This document shows, one piece after another, positions 36,204 through 45,365 of a stretch of DNA of 64,000 nucleotides (the first letter of the stretch is position 1; each line of letters starts with the position of its first letter). The notes under the pieces were generated by a model that saw only the letters and a list, made by a program, of their open reading frames with translations, did not search any database and was not told the DNA's origin. The stretch is taken from contig CAYSOG010000005.1 in the NCBI GenBank assembly GCA_964432675.1, positions 910 to 64,909 of the forward strand, written 5' to 3'. A program made the translations under genes and the position numbers. This DNA comes from an uncultured Gammaproteobacteria bacterium (GTDB lineage: Bacteria > Patescibacteriota > Microgenomatia > CAYSOG01).

Positions 36204-38891
36204 TCATCTACCATGACATTTCTTATATTTTTTGCCGGAGCCACAGGGGCATGGGTCATTGCGGCCGACTTTGGTGGGGCGGGAAGTGGCTTGGGCAAAG
36301 GCGCCGGCGGGTGCGGCACCATTTGGAGCTGGTTGAACGCCTGGCTGTTGTTGGGGTTGCACTTGGACTTTGAAAATGCGGCGGATAATTTCGTAGTCAA
36401 TTTGGCCAAGCAACTTTTCGAACATGTTGTAGGCTTCGGCCTTGTATTCGACGAGTGGGTCTCGCTGACCGTAACCACGCAAGCCAATGCCTTCGCGCAA
36501 ATCTTCAACGGCATCTAAATGGTTAACCCATAAATTGTCAATGACAGACAAATAGACAGCTTTCTCAATTTCTCGAGAAAGTTGCGGACCGTATTGTTGT
36601 TCCCGCTGCTCGTAGACTTTTTTGGCAAGGTCGAACAAGAAATCGCTAACTTTTTCAGCATTCACCTGCTTGGCTAATTCCTCGCGTAATTGTTTTTGTG
36701 AAGATTCATCAAAGGGAATGATCAGTAAAAATTCTTGCAATATTTTATCGTAGTTAATTTCAGTAGTACCTTCTTCATTGGCGAATACTGTTGTAATGGA
36801 CCTAATTTCGCTATCGAGTTTGTCCATGACTTCATCGCGCAAGAATGAAGGTGGTTGCTCGCTGACTGTGCTCTTTTTGGACTTACCATCTTCAGCTGGT
36901 ATTGCTGTTGTGGCTTCTAAAACTTTTTTGCGCAAACCATATATTACTTCACGCTGCTTATTCATGACGTCATCGTATTCGACAACGTTTTTGCGGATAT
37001 CAAAGTTATGGGTTTCAACCTTTACCTGAGCTTGTTCGATCGCCTTTGAAACCATACCAGCTTCGAGTGGTACATCTTCTGGCAACTTAAACATTGTCAT
37101 GAGCCTGGAAACCTGGTCGCCACCGAATAGGCGCATAACGTCATCTTCTAAGGAAACGAAAAAACGGCTTTCCCCTGGATCACCTTGCCTGCCTGAACGG
37201 CCGCGGAGCTGATTGTCAATGCGTCGCGATTCGTGTCGCTCAGTTCCAACTACAAATAATCCACCGGCTTCGCTGGCTTTATTATCGAGCTTGATATCAA
37301 CACCACGGCCGGCAATGTTCGTCGCTAACGTAATAGCACCATGCCGACCACCTTCTGCTATAATTTTGGCTTCATGTTCGTGGTTTTTGGCATTTAGGGT
37401 TTGATGCGGAATTTTCTTCTTGGTTAACAATTTTGATAATGTTTCATTTTTCTCGACTGAAGTGGTGCCAATTAATACTGGTTGGCCTTTCTTGTGGACC
37501 TCGTTCACTAAGTTTGCCACAGCATCAAATTTGGCCTTAGCAGTTTTGTAGACGACGTCGGAATGGTCTTTGCGAACCATCGGCTTATTTGTTGGGATTA
37601 CGACAACATCCAAATTATAGATTTTATGTAATTCCTCAGCTTCAGTAACAGCGGTTCCGGTCATACCGGATAATTTTTCGTAGAGGCGGAAATAATTCTG
37701 GAAGGTAATCGTCGCCATGGTTTTTGACTCTTGCTTAATCTCAACGCCTTCCTTAGCTTCGACCGCTTGATGTAAGCCGTCAGACCAGCGCCTGCCAAAC
37801 ATTAACCGGCCGGTGAATTCATCAACGATAACAACTTCGCCTTCTTTAATTACATAGTCGCGGTCTTTTAAGTAAAGCGTTTTGGCTTTTAAGGCTTGTT
37901 CAATATGGTGGATTGTATCAAAGTCTTTTTCATATAGATTTGTAACACCAAGCAATTTTTCAACTTTCAAAATACCGTCTTCTGTTAATGCGGCAGTCTT
38001 TAATTTTTCGTCAATGGTGTAGTCTTTTTCTGCAGAAAGCTTTTGGACAAGGGAAGCAAATTCGTAGTACTTTTGGGTGGGCTCGGTGTCGGGTGCTGAA
38101 ATAATCAGTGGTGTTCGGGCTTCGTCGATAAGAATAGAGTCAATTTCATCAACAATCGCGTAAACATGGCCGCGCTGGACCATATCACCTAAACTATAGA
38201 CCATGTTGTCGCGCAGGTAATCGAAACCATATTCGTTATTCGTGCCGTATAAAATATCGGCCAAGTAGGCATCGCGGCGGTTGGCTTGGCGCAGGAACCG
38301 GCCAACTCCTAAACCACCCTCGTCAGGGCTTAAGGCAACATCTTCTTCAAGATGGACTTCTGTTTCTTCCTCTGTCGTTGATTTTGGATTTGGATCGTAA
38401 ATAAAAGATTTTTCGTGGTTAATGGCGGCAACACTAATACCTAAGGCGTGGAAAATCGGGCCCATCCACTCGGCGTCACGACGCGCGAGATAGTCATTGA
38501 CCGTCACAATGTGAACTCCGCGGCCGGTTAGGGCATTTAAATACGCTGCAGTTGTTGCCGATAGCGTTTTGCCTTCCCCTGTGCGCTGTTCTGCAACCTT
38601 CCCTTGATGTAAGGTAATACCGGCAACAAGTTGGACATCATAATGACGCTGGCCAATTGTTCGGCTGGCAGCTTCACGAACGCAGGCAAATGCTTCTGGC
38701 AGTAAATCATCGAGTGTCTCACCGCGTTCTAAACGCAGCTTAAACTCTTGGGTCTTGGCTTTTAACTTTGCATCAGAGAGTTTTTTGGTTGCGGGTTCAT
38801 GACTATTTATAGCATCAACAAGCGGCTTTAAGCGGTTGATTTCCTTTTCGTTAGAATCTAAGACCTTTGATAAAATATTAAACATAGTCAA
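36204..38891 (-). CDS. secA: Preprotein translocase ATPase SecA
   Basis: TGEGKT, VNDYLARRD, DEIDSILIDEARTPLIIS, QLRGRSGRQGDPG, SEC-C motif GRNDPCPCGSGKKYKKCHG. Confidence 0.99.
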   Translation of the reverse strand: MTMFNILSKVLDSNEKEINRLKPLVDAINSHEPATKKLSDAKLKAKTQEFKLRLERGETLDDLLPEAFACVREAASRTIGQRHYDVQLVAGITLHQGKVAEQRTGEGKTLSATTAAYLNALTGRGVHIVTVNDYLARRDAEWMGPIFHALGISVAAINHEKSFIYDPNPKSTTEEETEVHLEEDVALSPDEGGLGVGRFLRQANRRDAYLADILYGTNNEYGFDYLRDNMVYSLGDMVQRGHVYAIVDEIDSILIDEARTPLIISAPDTEPTQKYYEFASLVQKLSAEKDYTIDEKLKTAALTEDGILKVEKLLGVTNLYEKDFDTIHHIEQALKAKTLYLKDRDYVIKEGEVVIVDEFTGRLMFGRRWSDGLHQAVEAKEGVEIKQESKTMATITFQNYFRLYEKLSGMTGTAVTEAEELHKIYNLDVVVIPTNKPMVRKDHSDVVYKTAKAKFDAVANLVNEVHKKGQPVLIGTTSVEKNETLSKLLTKKKIPHQTLNAKNHEHEAKIIAEGGRHGAITLATNIAGRGVDIKLDNKASEAGGLFVVGTERHESRRIDNQLRGRSGRQGDPGESRFFVSLEDDVMRLFGGDQVSRLMTMFKLPEDVPLEAGMVSKAIEQAQVKVETHNFDIRKNVVEYDDVMNKQREVIYGLRKKVLEATTAIPAEDGKSKKSTVSEQPPSFLRDEVMDKLDSEIRSITTVFANEEGTTEINYDKILQEFLLIIPFDESSQKQLREELAKQVNAEKVSDFLFDLAKKVYEQREQQYGPQLSREIEKAVYLSVIDNLWVNHLDAVEDLREGIGLRGYGQRDPLVEYKAEAYNMFEKLLGQIDYEIIRRIFKVQVQPQQQPGVQPAPNGAAPAGAFAQATSRPTKVGRNDPCPCGSGKKYKKCHGR

Positions 38892-39038
38892 GTGTCTATT
38901 TTAGCACGTTTTTGCTTTGTTTTCTAGTAATATCATGGAAAATTGACATTAGGAGGCCAAAACTAATTACCAATATTTTAGTTTGAGATTTTCATTTCAA
39001 ATTTGCGATTTACGATTTGTATTTTGTGATTAAGTTAT

Positions 39039-39068
39039 TTGACAAACCTCTTTTTCCGCCTGTAAACT
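39039..39068 (+). promoter_or_regulatory. Sigma70-like promoter
   Basis: TTGACA-N18-TAAACT. Confidence 0.5.
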
Positions 39069-39093
39069 GGAAGCATACTAAATATCATGCCAC

Positions 39094-39987
39094 ATGGACC
39101 CAAACGACCCAAACAATCCTGGTAGCTCACCACCTAGTAGTCCGCCACCAGCCGCGGACCAAGGTGCTTCGCAAGAAGTTACTTTAGATGCGCTATATGG
39201 GCCATCATCGCCAACCAGTCAAAGTACACCAACCCAAGATACATCAGCAGCAGGATCACCACCACTACCTGAAGCACCGATAAATGAACCTGCAATACCC
39301 CAAGACACCCTAGGGGCAGGTACAACACCGCCAGTCGATCAGCCTGCAACAGTGGAACCTACAATTGGCCAAGAAGTACCACCATCACCTGATTTAGGCT
39401 ATGGTGCACCTCCGGCCGGTGACCAGCAGGGTTACCCTCCAGAAACACCACAAACAGCAGGTGGTGCTGAGCAATTTTATCAAGACTTAAGCCCTGATGC
39501 CCAACCGCCAGTCGACCAGCCCACCGAAGTAGCACCACCTGAAGATTATGCTGCAGGGACAACTAATGACCAGTTACAGGAACAGCCGTCATATGCATCT
39601 CCTGAGGAAGTACAACCGGTTGACCAAACCGAACCGGCCATGGAACCAGGAGCCGGCGGCGGACTGCCACCTATCCCATCACGATCAAAAATGCCATTTA
39701 TTATTTTAGGCGCCGTGGTTGTGATTATGGTTTTGGCGCTTGTCGTTTTACTCGGGCTTTCAAGAGCTCGGTCAACAAAAGTAGTCGCAACGCCAACACC
39801 ACACGCATCGGCCAGCGATATTCCAGTTACTTGTGAGGAAGACCCGCAAAATCCTGATTGCGTCCAGTCATCGCCATCAGATAGCTCCGGCAGTTTTTCA
39901 CCAGCGCCGAATAATTCCGGTGGCCCACTCCCCTCGCTCTCGCCACAGAAGTGCCAGCTTCTCTATGGCGGCCCTTGCCCACAATAA
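39094..39987 (+). CDS. Single-pass membrane protein with acidic Pro-rich disordered N-terminus and small Cys-containing C-terminus
   Basis: Low-complexity P/Q/E/D region; TM around aa 200-222; four Cys after the TM. Confidence 0.75.
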   Translation: MDPNDPNNPGSSPPSSPPPAADQGASQEVTLDALYGPSSPTSQSTPTQDTSAAGSPPLPEAPINEPAIPQDTLGAGTTPPVDQPATVEPTIGQEVPPSPDLGYGAPPAGDQQGYPPETPQTAGGAEQFYQDLSPDAQPPVDQPTEVAPPEDYAAGTTNDQLQEQPSYASPEEVQPVDQTEPAMEPGAGGGLPPIPSRSKMPFIILGAVVVIMVLALVVLLGLSRARSTKVVATPTPHASASDIPVTCEEDPQNPDCVQSSPSDSSGSFSPAPNNSGGPLPSLSPQKCQLLYGGPCPQ

Positions 39988-40035
39988 AAAAGCATCTTTG
40001 AGTATGTTTAACAAGACCTATACAACTTATAAGTC

Positions 40036-41328
40036 TTATATGTTCTTTGGAAGAATTTTTGCCTTACCAATAAATGGCTGAAGTACTTTGGGGATCGTTA
40101 CACTCCCGTCTTCTTGCTGGTTATTTTCTATAATGGCGACTAAGGTGCGGCCGATGGCAAATGCTGTTGCGTCGTTCATATGAACATATTCTGTCGATCC
40201 ATCTGACTTTCGCACCTTCGTACCAAGTCTACGAGCTTGGTAATCGGTCATTAAATCAGAAGTATGTGTTTCTCGGTACTTATGTTGTGATGGCACCCAG
40301 GCTGCGATATCTAATTGTCTTGCATCAGGGCTACCCATATCTCCGGTGCAAATTAAAACAACACGGTAAGGAATTTCCAACTGTTGCATTAAATATTCTT
40401 GGATTGCGACAATAAAATCTTGTTCCATTTGCGAATGCTGTGGCAAAGTGAAGCTTTCCATTTCTAATTTATCAAACTGGTGGACACGTAAAATGCCTTT
40501 AGTATCTTTACCGTACGACCCGGCTTCACGGCGGAAGGCAGATGAAAAACCAATGTACCGCAACGGCAGCTGGTCCTCGGGAATTTGCTGGTCCATGTGC
40601 ATCGGACCTAAGGTATGCTCTGCAGAACCGACAAGGTAAAGGTCATCACGCTCTAAGTGATAACGCTCGACTTCCTGCTCTGGACTTAACCGCCCCATTC
40701 TAGTGTAGACATCGGGGCGGATCATCATTGGCGGCAGTACTGGGACAAACGGCTCCGGACTGTACCAATCGGCAATATCATGGGCAATTTTTTGCAGTAT
40801 ATCCCGATTTGTAAGAACAGAAAAGGTGAATTGGATTAACGCCATTTCAAGTAGTACAGCTTCATTTTTGAGGTAATTAAATCGAGCACCGGTAACATTG
40901 GCTGCAGTATCAATATCAATGATATCAAGCAATTTTCCCAACTCGACATGGTCCTTCACAGGAAAAGTAAATTCGCGCGGGTTACCCCACTTTCTAACTT
41001 CGACATTTTCCTCCTCGTCTTTGCCAACCGGGACATCGGCAAGCGGCATGTTGGGCACTTTCATGAGCCAGTCGTCCAGTTCCTGTTTCAGGGCAGAAAG
41101 CGCGTGTTCTTCTTTTTCGAGTTTTTCCTTGATGCGCTTGCCTTCTTCGATATTTCGTTCCTTAGCAACCTTATTCCGTTCCTCTTGCAGCTTTTGGACC
41201 GATTGGAGTGCTTTTCGGTATGCTTCGTCTATTTCAAGAATGTGCTGAACATTGACGTCAACCCGCTTCTCTTGCGATTTTCTCTGCACTAATTCCGCAT
41301 TTTCTCGAATAAATTTAATATCTAGCAT
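40036..41328 (-). CDS. serS: Serine--tRNA ligase
   Basis: MLDIKFIREN, FRREAGSYGKDTKGILRVHQFDKLEM, TDYQARRL, HMNDAT. Confidence 0.98.
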   Translation of the reverse strand: MLDIKFIRENAELVQRKSQEKRVDVNVQHILEIDEAYRKALQSVQKLQEERNKVAKERNIEEGKRIKEKLEKEEHALSALKQELDDWLMKVPNMPLADVPVGKDEEENVEVRKWGNPREFTFPVKDHVELGKLLDIIDIDTAANVTGARFNYLKNEAVLLEMALIQFTFSVLTNRDILQKIAHDIADWYSPEPFVPVLPPMMIRPDVYTRMGRLSPEQEVERYHLERDDLYLVGSAEHTLGPMHMDQQIPEDQLPLRYIGFSSAFRREAGSYGKDTKGILRVHQFDKLEMESFTLPQHSQMEQDFIVAIQEYLMQQLEIPYRVVLICTGDMGSPDARQLDIAAWVPSQHKYRETHTSDLMTDYQARRLGTKVRKSDGSTEYVHMNDATAFAIGRTLVAIIENNQQEDGSVTIPKVLQPFIGKAKILPKNI

Positions 41329-41331
41329 AAG

Positions 41332-41634
41332 CTATTCCTCAGAAACATGACCGTTGGCATAGGGAACTCCAACATTCTGTTGCTCGTATCGTACCTGTAT
41401 TCCCTCTATATCTTTCGGATATGTATCTAAAATTTCTTCACTCGGCAAACTACCAAGTCCAATACGAATACCCCAGGCCACACTACCATCCTCCGCATCA
41501 TAGGCATACGTACCAACGACATGTATATCCTGCATGAGTAGCCCTTCCCATTTTCTTTTAATCGACAGCATTGCGTCGTATGCTGGTGTATTGGTTTCCA
41601 GAAGTTTTCCAGTAAGTTCCCCTCGTTCACTCAT
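41332..41634 (-). CDS. Small hypothetical protein
   Basis: AAGGAG SD before the ATG at 41634; LL...VVG...IRIG...PKDIEGIQV pattern. Confidence 0.6.
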   Translation of the reverse strand: MSERGELTGKLLETNTPAYDAMLSIKRKWEGLLMQDIHVVGTYAYDAEDGSVAWGIRIGLGSLPSEEILDTYPKDIEGIQVRYEQQNVGVPYANGHVSEE

Positions 41635-41703
41635 AATGCACTCCTTTTGTTTTTTGACATATGCCAACCTCTTATCTCTATTCTCTAAAGAGAGACAGTA
41701 AAA

Positions 41704-42297
41704 TTAAAGACCTAATTGATCGTCGATTTTCTTCATGGCGTCTAGGACAATTTGGGTAAATACATCTAATGGCAGTCCTAATTCTGTTTCGCAGGTTTTG
41801 ATCATTTCACGGTCAGCACCTTTGGCGAATGATGGCTCTTTGAAACGCTTTAAGACAGAATCAACAGTTAAACCTTCAAGTTTTTTATCCGGGCGGACTA
41901 ACGCTGCGGCGACAATCAGCCCTGTTAATTCGTCTGCCGCATAAATGGCTTTAGCCATTAATGTCTCCCTCACAGCCTTATTCGCATGCCCGCGGACTGC
42001 CTGGATAATGCGGTCAATTTGATCTTTCGATTCTGGATCATTCTCAATATATTCTTTAAGTTTTTCGGTTGTTTCCTCGGTATGCCGTTCAGCTGATTTT
42101 TCAGTCACTTCGTAGTCAACATCATGCAGCATGCCGGAAATTTCCCAATCTTCTCTTGTTGTACCCTCGTTGGTTGCTTCAACCTCAAAGTGATCAAAGA
42201 GTGTACCCATCGCAGCCCCGGCCGCATAGCAATGTGACCTTAAATTCTTGTTCTGTAACATTTCAGTAATAAGTTTTTCAGCATCAGCCTTCGTCAT
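41704..42297 (-). CDS. HD-superfamily (HDIG-type) phosphohydrolase
   Basis: NLRSHC, GMLHDVDYE, DELTGLIVAAALVRP, FAKGADRE; start overlaps the lysS 3' end, with AAGGAG SD. Confidence 0.88.
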   Translation of the reverse strand: MTKADAEKLITEMLQNKNLRSHCYAAGAAMGTLFDHFEVEATNEGTTREDWEISGMLHDVDYEVTEKSAERHTEETTEKLKEYIENDPESKDQIDRIIQAVRGHANKAVRETLMAKAIYAADELTGLIVAAALVRPDKKLEGLTVDSVLKRFKEPSFAKGADREMIKTCETELGLPLDVFTQIVLDAMKKIDDQLGL

Positions 42298-43753
42298 CGT
42301 TGTCTCCTTTGTCAAGCGGACGGAGCGTCGGGAAAAAGACGGCTTCCCGCATTGGTAAGTCAACCAAATAAGCAAACACCCGCTCGCTCATACCGAAACC
42401 AGCGGTTGGTGGCATGCCATATTCCAGTGCTTGGACAAAATCTTCATCGGGCATTTGGGCTTCTTCATCACCGGCAGCACGCAGCTTGGCTTGCTCTTCA
42501 AAACGCTGACGCTGGTCAATTGGGTCGTTTAACTCGGAATAGCCGTTCGTTAATTCAGATCCGTACGCTAATAGTTGGACACGCTCAACCTGGTTCGGAT
42601 TTTCTTGGCGTCGTTTAGAAAGCGGTGAAACTTCGACAGGATGGTTAATTAAAAAAGTCGGTTCGATGATTGTTGGACGGACCGTCTTTTTATAAAGCAA
42701 ATCTATCAGGCGGCCTTTGCCGATATTTTTCTCCAATTTTAAATGCAGTTCATTTGCTTTGACTGTCAGATCGGCAACAGACGCTTTTTCAAGATTAAGC
42801 CCTGTTTCTTTTTTAAATGCTTCAAAATAGTCAAGTCGCTTGAAATTGTTGCTCCAGTCTACTTTATGTCCGTGTGATTCGATTGCCAACGTCCCAAATG
42901 TTTTCTTAATAACATCTTGGAACATTTTTTCCGTCAAGTCCATGAGTTGCTCATAATCAGCATACGCCCAGTAAAATTCCATTTGCGTGTAATCCTGCAA
43001 ATGTTCGGCATCAATACCTTCATTGCGGAAAATGCGGCCGATTTCGAAAATCTTTTCAAACCCGCCAACTAATAATCGTTTTTGGTAAAGCTCGATCGAG
43101 ATGCGCAAATATAAATCGATGTCCAGGGCATTATGGTGGGTAATAAACGGCCGGGCTTCGGCACCTCCGGGAATTAATTCAAGCGCCGGTGTTTCGACTT
43201 CGATGAAGCCGTTATCGACAAGGAACTGTCGCACGTTTTGCCAAAATAGCGCCTTCTTTTTGAAAATTTCTTTAAGATCAGGATGATAAAGTAAGTCCAA
43301 ATATCTTTGACGCAACCGTGTCTCGATGTCTTTAACACCATAATATTCCGACGGCATCGGGCGAATGGATTTTGTTAACAGTATGACTTTTTGGGCTTCA
43401 ACCGTTAGTTCACCAGCTTGTGTCTTTATGAGCTTACCTTCAACTTGCAAGAAGTCTCCCGGATCTACATTATTAATGAGCTCATAGCTTGTATCACCTA
43501 GCGTATCTTTGCGGAACCAAAGCTGGATTTGGCCCGATTCGTCCCGTAGATCTGCAAATGTTGAGCCACCGTGGCCTCGTAGCGAAATGAGGCGCCCCAC
43601 TAGTCGGACTTGTGACTCTAAGGACATATCCCGCGCTTGATCAATGGTTTGGTCACGCGATGATTTCGCCGGATATGGATTAATGCCGGATTTTTGAATT
43701 TTCGCTAATTTATCTAACCGAGATTGGATTAAATCGTCGCCACGTGCAGCCAT
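42284..43753 (-). CDS. lysS: Lysine--tRNA ligase (class II)
   Basis: RQRYLDL, GGAEARPFITHHNAL, FRNEGID, YGMPPTAGFG. Confidence 0.98.
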   Translation of the reverse strand: MAARGDDLIQSRLDKLAKIQKSGINPYPAKSSRDQTIDQARDMSLESQVRLVGRLISLRGHGGSTFADLRDESGQIQLWFRKDTLGDTSYELINNVDPGDFLQVEGKLIKTQAGELTVEAQKVILLTKSIRPMPSEYYGVKDIETRLRQRYLDLLYHPDLKEIFKKKALFWQNVRQFLVDNGFIEVETPALELIPGGAEARPFITHHNALDIDLYLRISIELYQKRLLVGGFEKIFEIGRIFRNEGIDAEHLQDYTQMEFYWAYADYEQLMDLTEKMFQDVIKKTFGTLAIESHGHKVDWSNNFKRLDYFEAFKKETGLNLEKASVADLTVKANELHLKLEKNIGKGRLIDLLYKKTVRPTIIEPTFLINHPVEVSPLSKRRQENPNQVERVQLLAYGSELTNGYSELNDPIDQRQRFEEQAKLRAAGDEEAQMPDEDFVQALEYGMPPTAGFGMSERVFAYLVDLPMREAVFFPTLRPLDKGDNDDEG

Positions 43754-43916
43754 ATTTGAATAGTTAAATGTTGGTGCAGTATTATTTATCTCACAACCGT
43801 AATGAGTTAATTAAAACGCAATGTCGCTATAAGCCGAACTTGTAACCGGTAATGGCTCTATTGTAGTATAAAAAGCCGATAAGTTAAAGGAGGTGATTGC
43901 CTAAGCATTACTCGTA

Positions 43917-45365
43917 CTAGGGGTATACCCAGGCTCGAAGCTCTTGTTTCATTTCTTCCAAAACCGCTTCACTTATACGCTCTTCACGATATTTACCTTC
44001 CTTGAGCAGCCGCTCAACATACGCTACTTCATGCGTTGGGGTCATTTGTCCGCGGTGTAAATTAACAGCAAAAGCATGATGGCCACGCTCAGATAGCATG
44101 GAAGCAATAAGTGTATGGATCATGTAACCGCTACCATATGCATAACCATACGTAATTTCAAGTGGGTCATTGGTTTTTTCTTTCACCGTTTGTTCAAAAT
44201 TTGTCTCACTCGCATCGGGCACAAATGATCGGTACTTTTGCCAAGCTTTATCATAATCAAAATTTGGTGAATGTATAGCAACGTGCAAATTATGGTCAGC
44301 CATATTACGTAAGCCAGTTGTTGCAAAAGATAATATGCCCTCTTGGCCTAAACGCACCCTAAGTTCGGGAATAAAGTACGGTACAGTCTGTCCCCAACCT
44401 TCCGGTACTGGCTGCAGGGCGTGTGTGCCTTGGACGCCGAGCATGGTTGGCGTTGGAAAAGTGTTGCGGTATTGCTTTTTAAAAGCTTCTGCCTGGACAA
44501 TATGGGCAATTTCGTGCGCTCGGAATGCCCGTGCCTTGTGTTCAGTTAGGTCATTCACCCTGGCTTTGTTTGTATTAACCCGTAGGCGATAACGGTTTTC
44601 GTCATCAGGGTCAGTATCAGCATAGGCCACCCATTCATCTCTAACGTCGTCAAGTTCGGACCGTATCTGCGGTGCCATCCTCAGACCAACAAATCTTGAT
44701 ATTATGGCCACTTCTTCATCATTATCTGATAGAATGGCTAAAAATTCTTCGGGTGATATTCGCTTGGCCGACTTAAATGCCTGCACATTTTCTTGTGTGT
44801 AAGAAACGCCGGTTGTTTCCTCAAATAATTTCGCAACATGGCGGTGCATCCTATCCATCCAGATATCAGGAATACTTCGAAACTGCAAACCTTGTGTCCC
44901 TTCAATATAATAAGGCACATCAGTAAAGGCACGTGGGTCAATGGCTTCACCTTTTTCTCCACCGGTTCTAACGGCGTATAAACGTGAGGCATTAAGCTGC
45001 GCTAAGATAAAGTTACGGTTGCGGATTTCGTCAGGTGTATTAGCCGGCAAATACTTCGCTTGCTGTGAAAAAGAATCAAGCCTATCCACAATAAACCGTG
45101 GTGTTAGGCCATCGGCTTGCCCCCTAATCATTTGCTCCAGCCAGTCTTCTAATTCGTTTTTTGGTCCAAAACGCATGTCAACGATATCACCCTTACTTCG
45201 ACGTCTGCCTCTTGCTAAATACCAAGCGTTATAAAATCCAGTCGATTTTTCCCAAAAATCAGTAGTAACTTGCTCACGTTCAGTTACGCTAGCCTTGATA
45301 GCTTTTTTTCCTTCAGGTGTCACTGGCCTTGGTTTGAGACCACTGTCTGCTTCAATCATGCTCAT
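43917..45365 (-). CDS. Putative gluzincin-type metallopeptidase (DUF885-like)
   Basis: HEIAH (HExxH) followed about 25 aa later by EGWG; late YGYAYGSG segment. Confidence 0.5.
   Translation of the reverse strand: MSMIEADSGLKPRPVTPEGKKAIKASVTEREQVTTDFWEKSTGFYNAWYLARGRRRSKGDIVDMRFGPKNELEDWLEQMIRGQADGLTPRFIVDRLDSFSQQAKYLPANTPDEIRNRNFILAQLNASRLYAVRTGGEKGEAIDPRAFTDVPYYIEGTQGLQFRSIPDIWMDRMHRHVAKLFEETTGVSYTQENVQAFKSAKRISPEEFLAILSDNDEEVAIISRFVGLRMAPQIRSELDDVRDEWVAYADTDPDDENRYRLRVNTNKARVNDLTEHKARAFRAHEIAHIVQAEAFKKQYRNTFPTPTMLGVQGTHALQPVPEGWGQTVPYFIPELRVRLGQEGILSFATTGLRNMADHNLHVAIHSPNFDYDKAWQKYRSFVPDASETNFEQTVKEKTNDPLEITYGYAYGSGYMIHTLIASMLSERGHHAFAVNLHRGQMTPTHEVAYVERLLKEGKYREERISEAVLEEMKQELRAWVYP

Noticed and set aside
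36197-37404. Alternative-frame and antisense ORFs over secA (and similar shadow ORFs across the window)
   Set aside because: They lie within strongly supported genes, have no motifs and reflect codon bias on the opposite strand or frame.
38980-39032. Degenerate ~7-nt periodic T-rich repeats upstream of secA
   Set aside because: Too short and degenerate to call a functional array.
43885-43897. Perfect SD/anti-SD-like AAAGGAGGTGATT between lysS and the upstream gene
   Set aside because: No suitably spaced ORF on the plus strand and no flanking rRNA-like sequence; unexplained, possibly chance.
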